A stretch of 64,000 nt of DNA from Cyanobacteria bacterium M_surface_10_m2_179 (GCA_016882545.1 VGPW01000001.1:2342-66341); one strand, 5' to 3'. Counted from the stretch's first letter, positions 45,340-57,074 are shown. The notes: generated by a model from the letters alone, not told the origin. Program-made: numbers and translations.

Positions 45340-46415
45340 GGGGCTGCCTCATCCCAGAGCTGTTGCCAGCGCTCGCGGCTGGCCGCGCTGAGCGGCGCCA
45401 GGTTGTTGCAGCGGGCCAGCACCGGCTCCGGCGGCAGCAGCAGCGGCCGCAGGCGCTCGGGCCAGCGCGCCAGGGCTGCACTGAGCTGGGGCCGAGGCAG
45501 CGGCGGCACCCAGCCCGCCGCCAGCAGGCGATTCAGCAGAGGTGCGCTGAGCCCATCGCGCAGCCACTCCAGGGGCAGCGGGGGGGCCGCTTGCGCATCG
45601 CTCTGGGGCGCCAGCCGCAGCAACAGCTGCCACCACAGGGGCGAGCCCGAATCCGGCAGGAAGGCCTGCAGGCGGGGATCGCGCTGCAGCAGCGGCATGG
45701 CCTGTTGGCTGGTGATCACCGCCGCATCGGCATCCCCAGCCAGCAGGAAATTCACGCCATCGGGCTCATCCAGCGATAGGGCCTGGGCGCGCAGCGCCCG
45801 CACCTGAGCCGGCAAACGGCGATCCGAGAGGGCGGCGGCGTTGCGGCTGGCGAGGCCCAGCTGGCGCATCGCCAGCTCGATCAGCAGCCGCGGGCTGGCG
45901 GGCAACACCAGCCGCTGCCGCAGGGTGGGATCGAGCAACAGGTTCCAGCCCTCCTGGCGGCGGCGCAGCAGATCGGGGCGGTTGCGCAGCAGCAGCACCC
46001 AAGTGCCGAAGGCCCAGGGGAAGGCCACAGGCGGGCTGTCGGGATCGGCAAACAGACGGCTGGCATCAGCCGCCCTGGGATCCAGCAACGCCAGCAGACC
46101 CGGCGCCTGCAGCGGCAGCAGCTGTTCACGCTGGAGCTGCCCAGCCCAGCCATCCCCGAGGCCGAGCACTGCCGGCGTTTCCAGCGGCTTTTGCAGCTGA
46201 TCCAGCAGCTTCTGGGGCGACTCCAGCAAGCGCGAGCGCCAGCCCGCCGGCAGCGCCTTCAGCCAGGGCTGGGGCAGTTCACCGCTCACGCTCAACAGCT
46301 GCCCCACCGGCGCGCTGCTGCAGCCACCCAAGGCGCTTGCAATCCAGGCCGCGCCCCCAAGGCCGCTCAGCTGCAGCAGGCGGCGGCGCGAAAGCGGCAA
46401 AGCATCGTGGGCCAT
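45336..46415 (-). CDS. ABC-type substrate-binding lipoprotein (PotD-like) with Tat-like signal
   Basis: SRRRLL signal, lipobox LGGC, LGDGW, W..LLDP. Confidence 0.7.
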   Translation of the reverse strand: MAHDALPLSRRRLLQLSGLGGAAWIASALGGCSSAPVGQLLSVSGELPQPWLKALPAGWRSRLLESPQKLLDQLQKPLETPAVLGLGDGWAGQLQREQLLPLQAPGLLALLDPRAADASRLFADPDSPPVAFPWAFGTWVLLLRNRPDLLRRRQEGWNLLLDPTLRQRLVLPASPRLLIELAMRQLGLASRNAAALSDRRLPAQVRALRAQALSLDEPDGVNFLLAGDADAAVITSQQAMPLLQRDPRLQAFLPDSGSPLWWQLLLRLAPQSDAQAAPPLPLEWLRDGLSAPLLNRLLAAGWVPPLPRPQLSAALARWPERLRPLLLPPEPVLARCNNLAPLSAASRERWQQLWDEAAP

Positions 46416-46441
46416 GGCCGAACCCTACGAGGCACCTGGCG

Positions 46442-47557
46442 TTAGGGCAGCAGGCTGCAGGCCTGATCGCAGGCGGCGGCCAGCGCCTCGGGCGTGCGGC
46501 CGCTCAACTCCCACAGGGCCGCCAAACCACCAGCCCCCACCCCCTCTTTCACGTAGCCCTGCTCAAAGGCCTGCAGCCGCGGTGAGCGGCAGCTGGAAAA
46601 ACGCAGACCAGCCGCAAAGGCCAGCGGCTCCTGCTGCCAGCGGGCGGCGATCCGCTGCAACAGCAAGGCCAGATCACTGCTGGGCTCCGCCGCCACCCAG
46701 GCCGTGGTAGCCAGGGCTGCGCCGGCGGCGATGCGGGGCCGTTCGGCCGCGGGGCTGAGGGCCAGCGCCAGCGCCAGCACCGCCGCCATCTGGCTGCCGC
46801 CCGCCAGCAGCAGCGGCAGCTCCAGGGCAGCCGCGCCCTGCACCAGCCCCGCCGCCAGGGCCTGCATCGGATCGCCCAGCGCCGCCAACACCGCCGCGGC
46901 CGGGGCCGGGGCGCCTGAATCCAGCCCCGCCGCCGCCAGCCCCTGCTGCACCAAACGGCGTTTGAGGTGGTGGGCGGGCTCCCGCAGGCTGCCGCTCACC
47001 AGGCCCGCCGCCGCCACCCCCAACCCCTGCAGCACCGCCTGGGCGGTGCTGGTGCCACCCGGCACGCATTCCGCCACGAGCAGCGGCCGGCCCTGCCGGG
47101 CCAGCTGCTGCCCCCAACGGCGCCCCAGTGCCAGCAGGCGTTCCACCTGTGCGGGAGGCATGGCGGCACCGCTGCTCAGGCAACGGGCGGGGGGGAGGCC
47201 CAGGCGCAGATGCGGCACCGCCGGTGCCACAGCGGCGCCGGCATCCACCACCAACGGCTCCAGGCCCAGCTGCTCCACCACCACCCGCGCGATCAGGGCA
47301 GGGCTCACCCCCGCCGGCAGGGGCGGCAGGGCGTGGGGGCGGGGATGGCCGGCGCCGAGCACGAGCAACTCCGCATCGGCCGCCGCCGTGAGCCGCCGAC
47401 TCTCAGGGGTGGCCCCCGCCGCCGAAATCCCCGGCACGGCGGCGGTGGCGGTGCCAGCCAGCAGCAGCAACACCCGCGTGTTGGCGGCCTGGGCCGCGAG
47501 CTGATCACACCAGCGCTGCGCCTGCAGCGGATCACCGCTGAGGCGCCGCAGCGTCAA
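46442..47557 (-). CDS. cobT: nicotinate-nucleotide phosphoribosyltransferase CobT (archaeal/cyanobacterial type)
   Basis: PGISAAGAT, ECVPGGTSTA, LAGGSQM, GYVKEGVGAGG. Confidence 0.9.
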   Translation of the reverse strand: MTLRRLSGDPLQAQRWCDQLAAQAANTRVLLLLAGTATAAVPGISAAGATPESRRLTAAADAELLVLGAGHPRPHALPPLPAGVSPALIARVVVEQLGLEPLVVDAGAAVAPAVPHLRLGLPPARCLSSGAAMPPAQVERLLALGRRWGQQLARQGRPLLVAECVPGGTSTAQAVLQGLGVAAAGLVSGSLREPAHHLKRRLVQQGLAAAGLDSGAPAPAAAVLAALGDPMQALAAGLVQGAAALELPLLLAGGSQMAAVLALALALSPAAERPRIAAGAALATTAWVAAEPSSDLALLLQRIAARWQQEPLAFAAGLRFSSCRSPRLQAFEQGYVKEGVGAGGLAALWELSGRTPEALAAACDQACSLLP

Positions 47558-48192
47558 AGGGGATCCAGGGCCAGAAGCGGCCTCAACAGCTCAGGGGGCG
47601 GGGTGATCGGGCTGCGCAAGCGCGGAAAGATCCACAGCGCCACCGCATGCAGCGCCAGCACGTAGATCAGGTTTTGCAGCAGCACCAGGCCCACCGCCAG
47701 CAGCTGCACCTGAAGCAGATCCGGGCCGCCGCCCCACTGGAGCAGCCCAAACAAACGATCCAACAGCTGCGCGGCAGCGGTGGTGATCACCACCCAGAGG
47801 TTTTCACCGAGCAACAGCGAGAGCACGGCCACCCGCACCAGAAAACCGGCGGCACCGATCACTAAACCCACGCTCCAGCTCAGCCACCAGCTGAACTGCC
47901 GTCGCCAGCACCAGCCCAGCCACAACGCCAGGGCGCCGTAGGGGAACAGCACCAGGGGGCCGCGGATTGGGCCCATCAGTGCCACCAGCAGCAACGTGGT
48001 CACCGTCACCCCCTCCACGGCGCAGCGGCCGTTGTGGCGCAGCTGCAGCAGGGCCAAGGGCAACGGCAGAGCCAGGCGGAACAGGGCGCCACCCACCGGC
48101 AGGTAGTAGAGCCCCACCCACAGCAGGGCCGTCGCAGCCGCCAGGTAGGCGGTGTCGGTGAGCTGAAGAGCCTGGCGGTGGCTGAGGCTCAT
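47554..48192 (-). CDS. DUF2232 family membrane protein
   Basis: TAYLAA, PLPLALL, MGPIRG; multiple TMs. Confidence 0.85.
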   Translation of the reverse strand: MSLSHRQALQLTDTAYLAAATALLWVGLYYLPVGGALFRLALPLPLALLQLRHNGRCAVEGVTVTTLLLVALMGPIRGPLVLFPYGALALWLGWCWRRQFSWWLSWSVGLVIGAAGFLVRVAVLSLLLGENLWVVITTAAAQLLDRLFGLLQWGGGPDLLQVQLLAVGLVLLQNLIYVLALHAVALWIFPRLRSPITPPPELLRPLLALDPL

Positions 48193-48611
48193 CGCGCCGG
48201 TGGAGCAGAGCTGCGCACCGGTGCCACCGCCGCTTCAGCGCCGGCCGGCACCCGCTCAATCGTTTCCACCTCAAAGGCCACACCGGCCGAGCGCAGCGCA
48301 TCGGTCACGGCTTCGGCCGGGGAAGAGGGATCAGCAGCGGGGAGCTTGATGGTGACCCGATAGGGCGCGGGCGTGAGCGGTGCCGCAGGCGCCACGCGCT
48401 TCGGAGCGGGCGCCGGGGTTGGCAACGCCACCGGTTTGGCCACCGGCTTGGGGGCGGTGGCCGGCGAGGCGGGCTTGGCAGGGGTGACTGGGGCCGCCTG
48501 GGGTTGGGAGAAGCTGCGGGAGAGCTGATCGCCGAACGGCGTGCCGCTGCATCCGGCCAGGCTGAGCAGCGCCAGGGGCAGGATCAGAGGCCAGGGCCGC
48601 CGCTGGCGCAT
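48189..48611 (-). CDS. Pro-rich lipoprotein of unknown function
   Basis: Lipobox LAGC, Pro/Ala linker, YRVTIKLPAADPSSPAEAVT..FEVETIER. Confidence 0.8.
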   Translation of the reverse strand: MRQRRPWPLILPLALLSLAGCSGTPFGDQLSRSFSQPQAAPVTPAKPASPATAPKPVAKPVALPTPAPAPKRVAPAAPLTPAPYRVTIKLPAADPSSPAEAVTDALRSAGVAFEVETIERVPAGAEAAVAPVRSSAPPAR

Positions 48612-51325
48612 CAGCTGTCGGCGGCGCGGATCACCCGCACGGCGCTGGCCCGCAGGCGACCGGTTTTGGTGGTGGCGGGCGCCTTCTTCACCGCCGGTTT
48701 CTTGGCGGCCGGCTTCTTGGCCGCTGCGGTGCCTGCGGCCTTGCGCCCCTTGCTCTTGCCGGCTGCAGCCTTGGCGGCCAGCAGCTCCACCGCCTGCTCC
48801 ATGGTGATCGTGTCGGCGGTGGTGCCTTCCGGCAGCGAGGCGTTCACCTTGCCCTGCTTCACGTAGAGGCCATAGGGGCCATCGAACAGCTGGATCGCCT
48901 CATCGGCGCCCTCGGGCGTGCCCAGATCCTTGAGGGCTGTGCGACCGCCGCGACCCCGCTTGGGCTGAGCCAGCAGCTCCACCGCCCGCGACAGACCCAC
49001 CATCAACACATCGTCTTCGGCCTTGAGGGAGCGGTAATCCTTTTCGCCTTTGCCCTTGTGGTGCACCACGTAGGGCCCGAAACGGCCCAGGCCGGCTTCG
49101 ATCTTGCCGCCGTCGGGGTGTTCGCCCAGGTGGCGCGGCAAGCGCAGCAGGCCGAGGGCGTCCTCGAGGGTGAGGTCTTCCGGCTTGGTGCCCTTGGGCA
49201 GGGAGGCGCGCTTCGGCTTGGGGTTGTCGTCGCTCACCTGGCCCCGCTGCACGTAGGGCCCGTATTGGCCGAACAGCAGATACACCAGATCGCCGGTTTC
49301 CGGGTCTTCACCCAGGGATTCGGGGCCGTCGGCCTTCTGTTTGAGGATCAGCTCTGCCTTGTCGGCATCGAGGTCGGCCGGGGTGATCTCGTTGGGCAGC
49401 GTGGCTTTGAGCAGCTCCTCGGTGCCGTCATCGGCCACCCGCTTGGTTTCGAGATAGGCACCGAATCGGCCGATGCGCACCACGCAGGGCAACCCCTCCA
49501 GCTCGATCGTGCGCGAAGCGGTGGAGTCGATATCGCCCTCCCGCTGCTGCACCTGAGCCTCGAGGCCCTGGTCGCCCTTGTAAAAACTCTCCAGGTAGGG
49601 CAGCCACTGCACCTGTCCGTGGGAGATCTCGTCGAGGGTGTTCTCCATCCGAGCCGTGAAGCTCGTATCCACCAGGTCGGGGAAGTGCTCCTCCAGCAGC
49701 GCCGTCACCGCGAAGGCGGTGAAGCTGGGGGTAAGGGCGTTGTTCTGGAGCGTGGCGTAGCCGCGGTCCACAATCGTGCCGATGATCGAGGCATAGGTGG
49801 AGGGGCGGCCGATGCCCTCCTTCTCGAGCATCTTCACCAGGGCCGCTTCGCTGTAGCGAGCGGGGGGCTGAGTTTGGTGACCGAGGGCCTCCACGCCCTT
49901 GCAAGCCGGAGTGTCGCCGCTTTTCAGGGAGGGCAGCAGCACTTCCTGGCCTTCCAGGGCGGCATCGGGGTCGTCGCTGCCTTCCACGTAGGCGCGGAAG
50001 AAGCCGGGGAAGTCGATGCGCTTGCCGGTGGAGCGGAAGGCCGCGGTGCCGAGGCTGCCGCCATCGACCTCCAGATCCACGCTGAGCATCGTGAGCTTGG
50101 CGTCGGCCATCTGGGAAGCCACGGTGCGCTTCCAGATCAGCTCATAGAGGGCCAGATCACGGCCATCGAGGCCGGTGGCCGCGGGGTCGCGGAAGCTTTC
50201 GCCGGCGGGACGGATCGCCTCGTGGGCCTCCTGGGCGTTGCGAGCCTTGGTGGAGAACTGGCGGGCGGAGGGGCTCAGGTAGTCCTTGCCGTATTTGTCG
50301 GCCACGCAGCTGCGGGCGGCATTGATCGCCTGATCGCTGAGGTGCACCGAGTCGGTGCGCATGTAGGTGATGAAGCCGCGCTCGTAGAGCCCCTGAGCGG
50401 TGCGCATCGTTTCGCGCGCCGAGAGCCTCAGCTTGCGGTTGGCCTCCTGCTGCAGGGTGCTGGTGGTGAAGGGCGCCACCGGCTTGCGGGTGGTGGGCTT
50501 CTCCTCCACGGCCGCCACCCGCCAGGGCGAGGCCAACACCGCTTGCCGCAGGCTGCGGGCTTCCGCCTCCGCCAGCAGGCGCACCTTGCTGCCCGCCTTC
50601 AGGCCGCCGGTGGCCTCATCGAAATCAGCGCCGCCCGCGATGCGCTCGCCCTTGAGGTGGGTGAGCTTCGCGTCGAAGGCGGCGTTGCCCTGCTGCAGCT
50701 GCGCCTTGAGATCCCAGTAGCTGCCACTCTTGAAGGCGCGCCGGGCCCGCTCCCGCTGCACCAGCAACCGCACCGCCACCGATTGCACCCGGCCGGCACT
50801 GAGGCCCCAGGCCACCTTTTTCCAAAGCAGGGGCGAGAGGGTGTAGCCCACCAGGCGATCGAGAATGCGCCGGGTTTCCTGGGCGTGCACCAGCTCCATA
50901 TCGAGCTCGCGGGTCTGCTCCAGGGCACGCCCGATCGCTTCCTTGGTGATTTCGTGAAACACCATGCGTTTCACCGGCACCTTCGGATTCAACAGCTGCA
51001 ACAGGTGCCAGCTGATCGATTCACCTTCCCGGTCTTCGTCCGTGGCCAGAAGCAGCTGGTCAGCGCCCTTCAGGGCGTCTTTGAGTTCCTTCACCACCTT
51101 CTTCTTGTCCTTCGGAACCACGTAGAGCGGCTCGAAGTCGTTGGCGGTGTTCACACCGAGATTGGCCCACTTCTCGCCCTTGTGGGCGGCCGGAATCTCG
51201 CTGGCGTTGTTGGGCAGGTCGCGCACGTGCCCCATCGAGGCTTCAACCTTGAAGTCCTTGGGAAGGAACCCGCGGATGGTGCGGGCCTTCGTGGGGCTCT
51301 CAACGATGACGAGGGTGTGCGCCAC
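48611..51325 (-). CDS. topA: DNA topoisomerase I
   Basis: [45 protein letters not shown] repeats, Lys-rich tail. Confidence 0.98.
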   Translation of the reverse strand: MAHTLVIVESPTKARTIRGFLPKDFKVEASMGHVRDLPNNASEIPAAHKGEKWANLGVNTANDFEPLYVVPKDKKKVVKELKDALKGADQLLLATDEDREGESISWHLLQLLNPKVPVKRMVFHEITKEAIGRALEQTRELDMELVHAQETRRILDRLVGYTLSPLLWKKVAWGLSAGRVQSVAVRLLVQRERARRAFKSGSYWDLKAQLQQGNAAFDAKLTHLKGERIAGGADFDEATGGLKAGSKVRLLAEAEARSLRQAVLASPWRVAAVEEKPTTRKPVAPFTTSTLQQEANRKLRLSARETMRTAQGLYERGFITYMRTDSVHLSDQAINAARSCVADKYGKDYLSPSARQFSTKARNAQEAHEAIRPAGESFRDPAATGLDGRDLALYELIWKRTVASQMADAKLTMLSVDLEVDGGSLGTAAFRSTGKRIDFPGFFRAYVEGSDDPDAALEGQEVLLPSLKSGDTPACKGVEALGHQTQPPARYSEAALVKMLEKEGIGRPSTYASIIGTIVDRGYATLQNNALTPSFTAFAVTALLEEHFPDLVDTSFTARMENTLDEISHGQVQWLPYLESFYKGDQGLEAQVQQREGDIDSTASRTIELEGLPCVVRIGRFGAYLETKRVADDGTEELLKATLPNEITPADLDADKAELILKQKADGPESLGEDPETGDLVYLLFGQYGPYVQRGQVSDDNPKPKRASLPKGTKPEDLTLEDALGLLRLPRHLGEHPDGGKIEAGLGRFGPYVVHHKGKGEKDYRSLKAEDDVLMVGLSRAVELLAQPKRGRGGRTALKDLGTPEGADEAIQLFDGPYGLYVKQGKVNASLPEGTTADTITMEQAVELLAAKAAAGKSKGRKAAGTAAAKKPAAKKPAVKKAPATTKTGRLRASAVRVIRAADS

Positions 51326-51444
51326 AGGCAGGCGGAAAACCGCTTCCCTCTTTATCGCACCGGCGGTCAAGCCCTGGCCCGCCTCGCCTAATTCAGTCGT
51401 GAGCGCGGCTACAGTCCTGCCCGACAGGCGTCCCTAAACCAGCT

Positions 51445-53016
51445 GTGCTCTCTCTTCTGGCCGCCGCCAGCGCCGCTGCAGCTCCTGCGGTGAGCCCGAT
51501 CACCTCCCTGCAGCTCAACGCCGGGGCGATCGCACCGGAGGGTGCCGTGCTGCTGGCGATGCTGGCATGCCTGTTGGTGGACCTAGCCGGTGAGAAGGCT
51601 GCGTCCCGCTGGGTGCCTGTGTTCTCTTACGTGGGCCTGGGCAGTGCCCTGGGCCTGCTGGCCCTGCAGTGGAACGCCTCGCCACTGGAGCCCTCCTTCC
51701 TCGGGGCTTTCCTGGCCGACAACCTCGCCATCGCCTTCCGGGCTGTGGTGGCCGCCTCCACCCTGCTGTCGCTGTTGATCAGCTGGCGTTATGTGGAGCG
51801 TGCCGGCACGCCCGTGGGTGAATACGCCGCGATCCTGCTGGCCGCCACCCTCGGCGCCATGCTCCTGTGCGGCTCCACCGATCTGGTGAGCATCTTCGTG
51901 TCGCTGGAAACCCTCTCGGTGGCCAGCTACCTGCTGTCGGGCTACATGAAGCGCGACGCCCGCAGCTCCGAAGCAGCCCTGAAATATCTGCTGGTGGGCT
52001 CGGCCGCAGCGGCCGTGTTCCTCTACGGCGCCTCGCTGCTGTATGGCCTCACCGGCGGCAGCACCAGCCTCGATGCCGTGGCCCTGGCTCTGCAAACCAG
52101 CGCCTCCCCGGTGGCCGCTCTGGCCCTGGTGTTCGTGCTTGCCACGGTGGCGTTCAAGATCGCCGCTGTGCCCTTCCACCAGTGGACACCCGACGTTTAC
52201 GAGGGCTCGCCCACCCCGGTGGTGGCCTTCCTTTCTGTGGGCTCAAAAGCAGCCGGTTTCGCCCTGGCCCTGCGCATCCTGGTGGGCTGCTTCGAGCCCT
52301 TCGAAGCGCAGTGGAAGCTGCTGTTCACCGTGCTGGCGATCCTGAGCATGGTGCTGGGCAACGTGGTGGCCCTGGCCCAAACTTCGATGAAGCGAATGCT
52401 GGCCTACAGCTCCATCGGCCAGGCGGGATTCGTGATGATCGGCCTGGTGTGCGGCACCGAGGACGGTTACGCCGCGATGGTGCTCTATATGGCGGCCTAT
52501 CTGTTCATGAACCTGGGCGCTTTCGCCTGCATCATTCTCTTCTCGCTGCGCACGGGATCCGATCGCATCAGTGATTACGCCGGCCTGTATCAGAAAGACC
52601 CGCTGATCACCCTGGGCCTGAGCTTGTGCCTGCTCTCGCTGGGCGGCATCCCGCCGATGCTGGGCTTCTTCGGCAAGATCTACCTCTTCTTCGCCGGCTG
52701 GGCCGATGGCCAATACCTCCTGGTGGTGGTGGGTCTGCTCACCTCGGTGGTGTCGATCTACTACTACATCTCGGTGATCAAGATGATGGTGGTGAAAGAA
52801 CCGCAGGAAGCATCTGAGGTGGTGAAGTCTTACCCGGAGGTCAACTGGAGCGTCGCCGGTCTGCAGCCCCTGCGTGCAGCCCTGGTGTCTTGCGTGGTGG
52901 TGACCGCCGTGGGAGGCATCCTCTCCAACCCGCTGTTCGGTTGGGCCAACGGCGCCGTGGCCGGCACCCCGATGCTGCAGAAAGCCCTCGCCACCGGCGG
53001 CCTGCCGATCGGCTGA
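51445..53016 (+). CDS. ndhB: NAD(P)H-quinone oxidoreductase subunit 2
   Basis: [46 protein letters not shown]. Confidence 0.97.
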   Translation: MLSLLAAASAAAAPAVSPITSLQLNAGAIAPEGAVLLAMLACLLVDLAGEKAASRWVPVFSYVGLGSALGLLALQWNASPLEPSFLGAFLADNLAIAFRAVVAASTLLSLLISWRYVERAGTPVGEYAAILLAATLGAMLLCGSTDLVSIFVSLETLSVASYLLSGYMKRDARSSEAALKYLLVGSAAAAVFLYGASLLYGLTGGSTSLDAVALALQTSASPVAALALVFVLATVAFKIAAVPFHQWTPDVYEGSPTPVVAFLSVGSKAAGFALALRILVGCFEPFEAQWKLLFTVLAILSMVLGNVVALAQTSMKRMLAYSSIGQAGFVMIGLVCGTEDGYAAMVLYMAAYLFMNLGAFACIILFSLRTGSDRISDYAGLYQKDPLITLGLSLCLLSLGGIPPMLGFFGKIYLFFAGWADGQYLLVVVGLLTSVVSIYYYISVIKMMVVKEPQEASEVVKSYPEVNWSVAGLQPLRAALVSCVVVTAVGGILSNPLFGWANGAVAGTPMLQKALATGGLPIG

Positions 53017-53729
53017 TGGGCACATCAACCGCCGCCCCGGTGGTGGCGGAACTCGAGCACATCCGCAAGGTTTACGGCGGCGGCGACACCACCATTGTGG
53101 CCCTCGACGACCTGTGCATGAGCGTGAGGCAGGGGGAGTATCTGGCGGTGATGGGCACCTCCGGCTCCGGCAAGAGCACGGCCATGAACATCCTGGGTTG
53201 CCTGGATCGTCCCAGCAGCGGCAGCTACCGGCTCAACGGCACTCCGGTGGAGCACCTCAGCGATGACCAGCTGGCCGATCTACGCAACCGGGAGCTGGGC
53301 TTTGTGTTTCAGCAGTTCCACCTGCTGCAGGAGCTCACCGCCCTCGACAACGTGATGCTGCCGATGGTTTACGCCGGTGTGCCGGCCGAGCGGCGGCGGC
53401 AGCTGGGCGTCGCCGCCCTGCAGCGCGTGGGCCTGGGTGAACGCCTGCACAACAAACCCAACCAGCTCTCCGGCGGCCAGCAGCAAAGGGTGGCCGTGGC
53501 CCGGGCAATCATCAACAACCCCAAGCTGCTGCTGGCGGATGAACCCACCGGCGCCCTCGATTCCCGCACCACCAAGGAGGTGCTGGATCTCTTCGATGAG
53601 CTGCACCGCGAGCAGGGGATGACGATCCTGCTGGTAACCCACGAATACGATGTGGCGGCCCGCGCCGAGCGGATCGTGCACTTCCACGATGGCCGCCTGG
53701 TGGAGAGCGGCGCCGGTTCCCAGGCTTAG
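53016..53729 (+). CDS. ABC transporter ATP-binding protein (LolD/MacB-like)
   Basis: GTSGSGKST, GFVFQQFHL, LSGGQQQRV, ADEPTGALD. Confidence 0.95.
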   Translation: MGTSTAAPVVAELEHIRKVYGGGDTTIVALDDLCMSVRQGEYLAVMGTSGSGKSTAMNILGCLDRPSSGSYRLNGTPVEHLSDDQLADLRNRELGFVFQQFHLLQELTALDNVMLPMVYAGVPAERRRQLGVAALQRVGLGERLHNKPNQLSGGQQQRVAVARAIINNPKLLLADEPTGALDSRTTKEVLDLFDELHREQGMTILLVTHEYDVAARAERIVHFHDGRLVESGAGSQA

Positions 53730-54766
53730 CCCCTGGCGCTAGGGCGCTCCAGGCTCTGCAACAGCTGACCCATCAGCAGGGCGATGGCATCGGTGCCCTT
53801 GAGGCCGTTGCCGGGATCAAAGTCGCCCGGATCCAGCGCCACCCAGCCACCATCGGCGGGCTGCCGCAGCTCGAAGTGGAGGTGGGGCCCGGTGCTCAGG
53901 CCCGTGCTGCCAACCCGGCCGATAACCTCCCCCTGGCGCACCACATCACCGGCCTTCACATAAAGCTCGGAGAGGTGGCCGTAGAGGCTGCGCCGCAGCG
54001 GTCGCCGGTGCTCCACCTCCACCGCCAGGCCGTAGCCCCCCGCCAAACCGCTGCTCACCACCCTGCCGCTCAGGGCCGCCACCACCGGCGTGCCCTCCGG
54101 CGCCGCCAGATCTTCACCGGCATGGAGCCGCCAGGCTCCCAGCAGGGGATGAAGCCGCCAGCCGAAGCCGCTGGTGTTCACGGCGCTGCCGATGATCGGA
54201 AACAGCAGCCTGCGGTTGCCGTTGCCGATCACGGGGGCTGGCCGCGGCGTCACCCGAAACACGCTGGACAGATTGAAGCTGCCGCCATTGCCGGCCAACA
54301 GGGCCGACACCGGCACGGTGAGCGGTGGCAGGGGCATGCCATCGGCGCCCACGCGGCCGCCCCAGGCCACGTTGCCGTCACGGTTGCTGCGTCGTCCCCA
54401 GCGCAGGGCGATGCCGCCACGGCATTCGCGGGCCGAAAGGGCACCACCGCGGCAGGCCTGCTGGAAGGCCCCCACATCCAGGGGCGCCAGGCCAGCCCCG
54501 GCGCCGCGCACAAAGCTGCGCTCGCCGGGCGTCACTACGCCCTGGCGCACCAGCTCATCGAGGGATTGGTCAAAGCGTTTGGGCGCCGTGGCCGCACCGC
54601 TGAGGCGGGTGGGGTCGGGCCGCAGCGGGCCCGCTGCGGGTGCGCTGCCAGGAGGGGGCAGGGTTGGTGCCACCGGCTGGGTGACCTCCAGCTGCGCCCA
54701 GGCCAGGCCTCCCCCCAGCAACGCCGGCAGCGCCGCCAGCAGGCTCAGCGGTTGGAGGCGTGGCAC
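53726..54766 (-). CDS. M23 family metallopeptidase
   Basis: Signal peptide, HAGED, YGHL, GSTGLSTGPHLHFE. Confidence 0.92.
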   Translation of the reverse strand: MPRLQPLSLLAALPALLGGGLAWAQLEVTQPVAPTLPPPGSAPAAGPLRPDPTRLSGAATAPKRFDQSLDELVRQGVVTPGERSFVRGAGAGLAPLDVGAFQQACRGGALSARECRGGIALRWGRRSNRDGNVAWGGRVGADGMPLPPLTVPVSALLAGNGGSFNLSSVFRVTPRPAPVIGNGNRRLLFPIIGSAVNTSGFGWRLHPLLGAWRLHAGEDLAAPEGTPVVAALSGRVVSSGLAGGYGLAVEVEHRRPLRRSLYGHLSELYVKAGDVVRQGEVIGRVGSTGLSTGPHLHFELRQPADGGWVALDPGDFDPGNGLKGTDAIALLMGQLLQSLERPSARG

Positions 54767-54795
54767 AGCCGATCGCAGACAAAGCGGCTCAAACT

Positions 54796-55548
54796 CTAGA
54801 AACGGCGCTGCACCACGGCCAACGCAGAACCGCTGCGGAGGCGCAAGCCGCCATCGGGCGCCAATCCGGCCACCTGCCAACGCTGGCCTTCGTGCTCCCA
54901 CCACGGCGGTCGCCAGAGCCGCTGTTCGGCCTGACGTCGCACCAGCTCGGGCTGGTGCGCGGCAGCGGCGGCCCACTCCAGCCCTCGCAGCAACCGCGCC
55001 GCCAAGCGCGCTGGCTGGGCCTGAGGGTGCCAGCGGTGGCCGAGCGCCGACGCCACAGACACAGCACCCGGCGGCACCCGGTTAACCCCATTGAGCCCAA
55101 CCCCCAGCTGGGCGTAGCGCACGCGGCCACCACGCCAGCGCAACCGCGGCAGGATGCCGGCGAGCTTGCGCCCATCGATCAGCAGGTCATTGGGCCATTT
55201 GAGCTGGGGCTGGAGGCCCAGCGTCTCCAGCTGCAGCGCCACACCCACCGCCGCTGCCAGCGCCAGTGATGCGGCAGCTTCGGGATGGGCCGGCCACGGC
55301 AGGGCTGCACTCAGCCACACCCCACCGGGGGGCGACTGCCACACCCGACCCTGCTGCCCCTGACCTCGGCGCTGCTGCCGCGCCAACACAGCCAGGGGCG
55401 GGGCGGCGGCACGAAGCCAGCCTTCCAGCTCAACCTCGGTGCTGGCACACACCGGCAGCACCTTCAGCTGCCAGGGCAGGGGCTGATCGGCTGGCAACGG
55501 CCGCAGCGCTGCCGCGATCGAGGCAGCGTTCAGAGCGTGGCCAGCCAC
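54796..55548 (-). CDS. birA: biotin--acetyl-CoA carboxylase ligase
   Basis: CAST, Q..GQGQQGRVW.SP.GG, LKWPNDL, KLAGIL, GVGLN. Confidence 0.92.
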   Translation of the reverse strand: MAGHALNAASIAAALRPLPADQPLPWQLKVLPVCASTEVELEGWLRAAAPPLAVLARQQRRGQGQQGRVWQSPPGGVWLSAALPWPAHPEAAASLALAAAVGVALQLETLGLQPQLKWPNDLLIDGRKLAGILPRLRWRGGRVRYAQLGVGLNGVNRVPPGAVSVASALGHRWHPQAQPARLAARLLRGLEWAAAAAHQPELVRRQAEQRLWRPPWWEHEGQRWQVAGLAPDGGLRLRSGSALAVVQRRF

Positions 55549-56735
55549 GTTGCCATCCGCTGCGCTCCAGCCTCCAGCTGCTCGATCGGATGCACCAGCG
55601 CCAACCGGGCAAAGCCCTCCCCCCCAGCACCAAAGCCATGGCCAGGGGTGAGACACACACCGGTGGCCTCCAGCAAGCGCGCGCAGAACTGTTCCGAATC
55701 CAGGCCGGCGGCACGGCCCTGCTCGGGCAGCTCCAGCCACAGATAGAGCGCCATCGAGGGGATCCGCACCGGCCAACCCGCCGCCTGCAGCACAGCCGCC
55801 ATGCGGTCGCGGCGGTCGCGGTAGATCGGCTTGATGCGCTCCGGCCAATCCGCCGCCTGCTCCAGCGCGGCGATCGCACCGGCCTGAAGCGCCGTGGACT
55901 GGTTGAAATCCACCACCGCCTTCAGCTGCCGCAGGGCCGTGATCAACGGTTCGGCCCCGATGGCGAAGGCCAGGCGATAGCCGCCCAGGCACCAGCCTTT
56001 GGAGAAGGAGAAGAACTCAATGCCGCATTGGCGCCAGAGCGGCGACCGCAATAGAGCGGGGGCCTCGCCCTCCAGGGCCAGATCCACATAGGGGTTGTCG
56101 TGGGCGAGCACCAACCCATGGCGGACGGCCCGCTCCGCCGCCGCATCCACCCAGGCCTGCTGCCCCGTGGTGGCGGTGGGGTTATGGGGAAAACCCAGCA
56201 CCATCAGCTTCAGGGCATCCCACTCACTGGTGCTGAGTTGGTCGAAATCGGGGCTGAACTCAGCGGCAGGATCCAGGCGCAGAAAGCGAGGCTGGGCCGA
56301 CGCCAGCAGCAGGCCACCCAGGTGGGACGGGTAATAGGGATCGAGCAACAGCGCTTGATCGCCCGGGTTGAGCACGGCCATCGGCAGATGGGCCGTGCCC
56401 TCCTGCGAGCCCACCAGCAGCAACACCTCCCGCTCGGGATCCACGGCTACACCGAAGCGGCGCTGGGCCCAGGCCGCTACGGCCTCACGGAAGGGGAGGG
56501 TGGCGCCATGCAGGCAGTAAGCCGCGCTCTCGGGAAGACCCAACTGCGCACGGATCGCCTCAAGGGCAACCTCCGGGGGCTGCAGATCGGTGGACCCCAA
56601 GGAGAGGTCGAGCAGGGGGGGTAGCCCGGCAGAAAAACAACCGGCGCGATACAGCTGTTTGCGCTGGTCATTGCGGGCGAAAACGCCGCTCCCGAGACCG
56701 CGAACCCGATCCGAAACCAGATCAGAGATGGGCAT
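55530..56735 (-). CDS. class I/II PLP-dependent aminotransferase
   Basis: GSQEG, PHNPT, HDNPY, SFSKGW, PGHGFG. Confidence 0.92.
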   Translation of the reverse strand: MPISDLVSDRVRGLGSGVFARNDQRKQLYRAGCFSAGLPPLLDLSLGSTDLQPPEVALEAIRAQLGLPESAAYCLHGATLPFREAVAAWAQRRFGVAVDPEREVLLLVGSQEGTAHLPMAVLNPGDQALLLDPYYPSHLGGLLLASAQPRFLRLDPAAEFSPDFDQLSTSEWDALKLMVLGFPHNPTATTGQQAWVDAAAERAVRHGLVLAHDNPYVDLALEGEAPALLRSPLWRQCGIEFFSFSKGWCLGGYRLAFAIGAEPLITALRQLKAVVDFNQSTALQAGAIAALEQAADWPERIKPIYRDRRDRMAAVLQAAGWPVRIPSMALYLWLELPEQGRAAGLDSEQFCARLLEATGVCLTPGHGFGAGGEGFARLALVHPIEQLEAGAQRMATWLATL

Positions 56736-57054
56736 CCAGGAATGCCTTCAGCTGGGGCTGAGCCATCGCACCTTCGTGGCGGGACACTTCCTGACCGTTC
56801 TTGAAAATCAGCAGAGTCGGCAAACCCTGGATAACCAGCTGATCGCGGGCTGCGGGATTGGGATCGGCTTCAAGCTTGCCCACCGCCAGACGACCGGCGT
56901 ATTCACCAGCGGCCCACTCCATCATCGGCGCCATCAGGCGGCAGGGGCCGCACCATTCAGCCCACACATCCACCAGCACCGGGGTTGCCGCATCCAGTAC
57001 CTCGGCCTGAAAGTTGGCATCGGTGAGGTGCAGAACGGACACGGCATCAGGCAA
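56722..57054 (-). CDS. thioredoxin
   Basis: WAEWCGPC, GLPTLLIFKNG. Confidence 0.93.
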   Translation of the reverse strand: MPDAVSVLHLTDANFQAEVLDAATPVLVDVWAEWCGPCRLMAPMMEWAAGEYAGRLAVGKLEADPNPAARDQLVIQGLPTLLIFKNGQEVSRHEGAMAQPQLKAFLDAHL

Positions 57055-57074
57055 CGCTGTGGCGATTGTATGGA

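Noticed and set aside
49058-51391. 777-aa ORF antisense to topA, and similar long ORFs at 24314-25885, 31561-32919, 57066-58961 and 58801-60453
   Set aside because: Shadow or alternate-frame ORFs expected from high-GC codon bias; no recognisable motifs; they overlap well-supported genes
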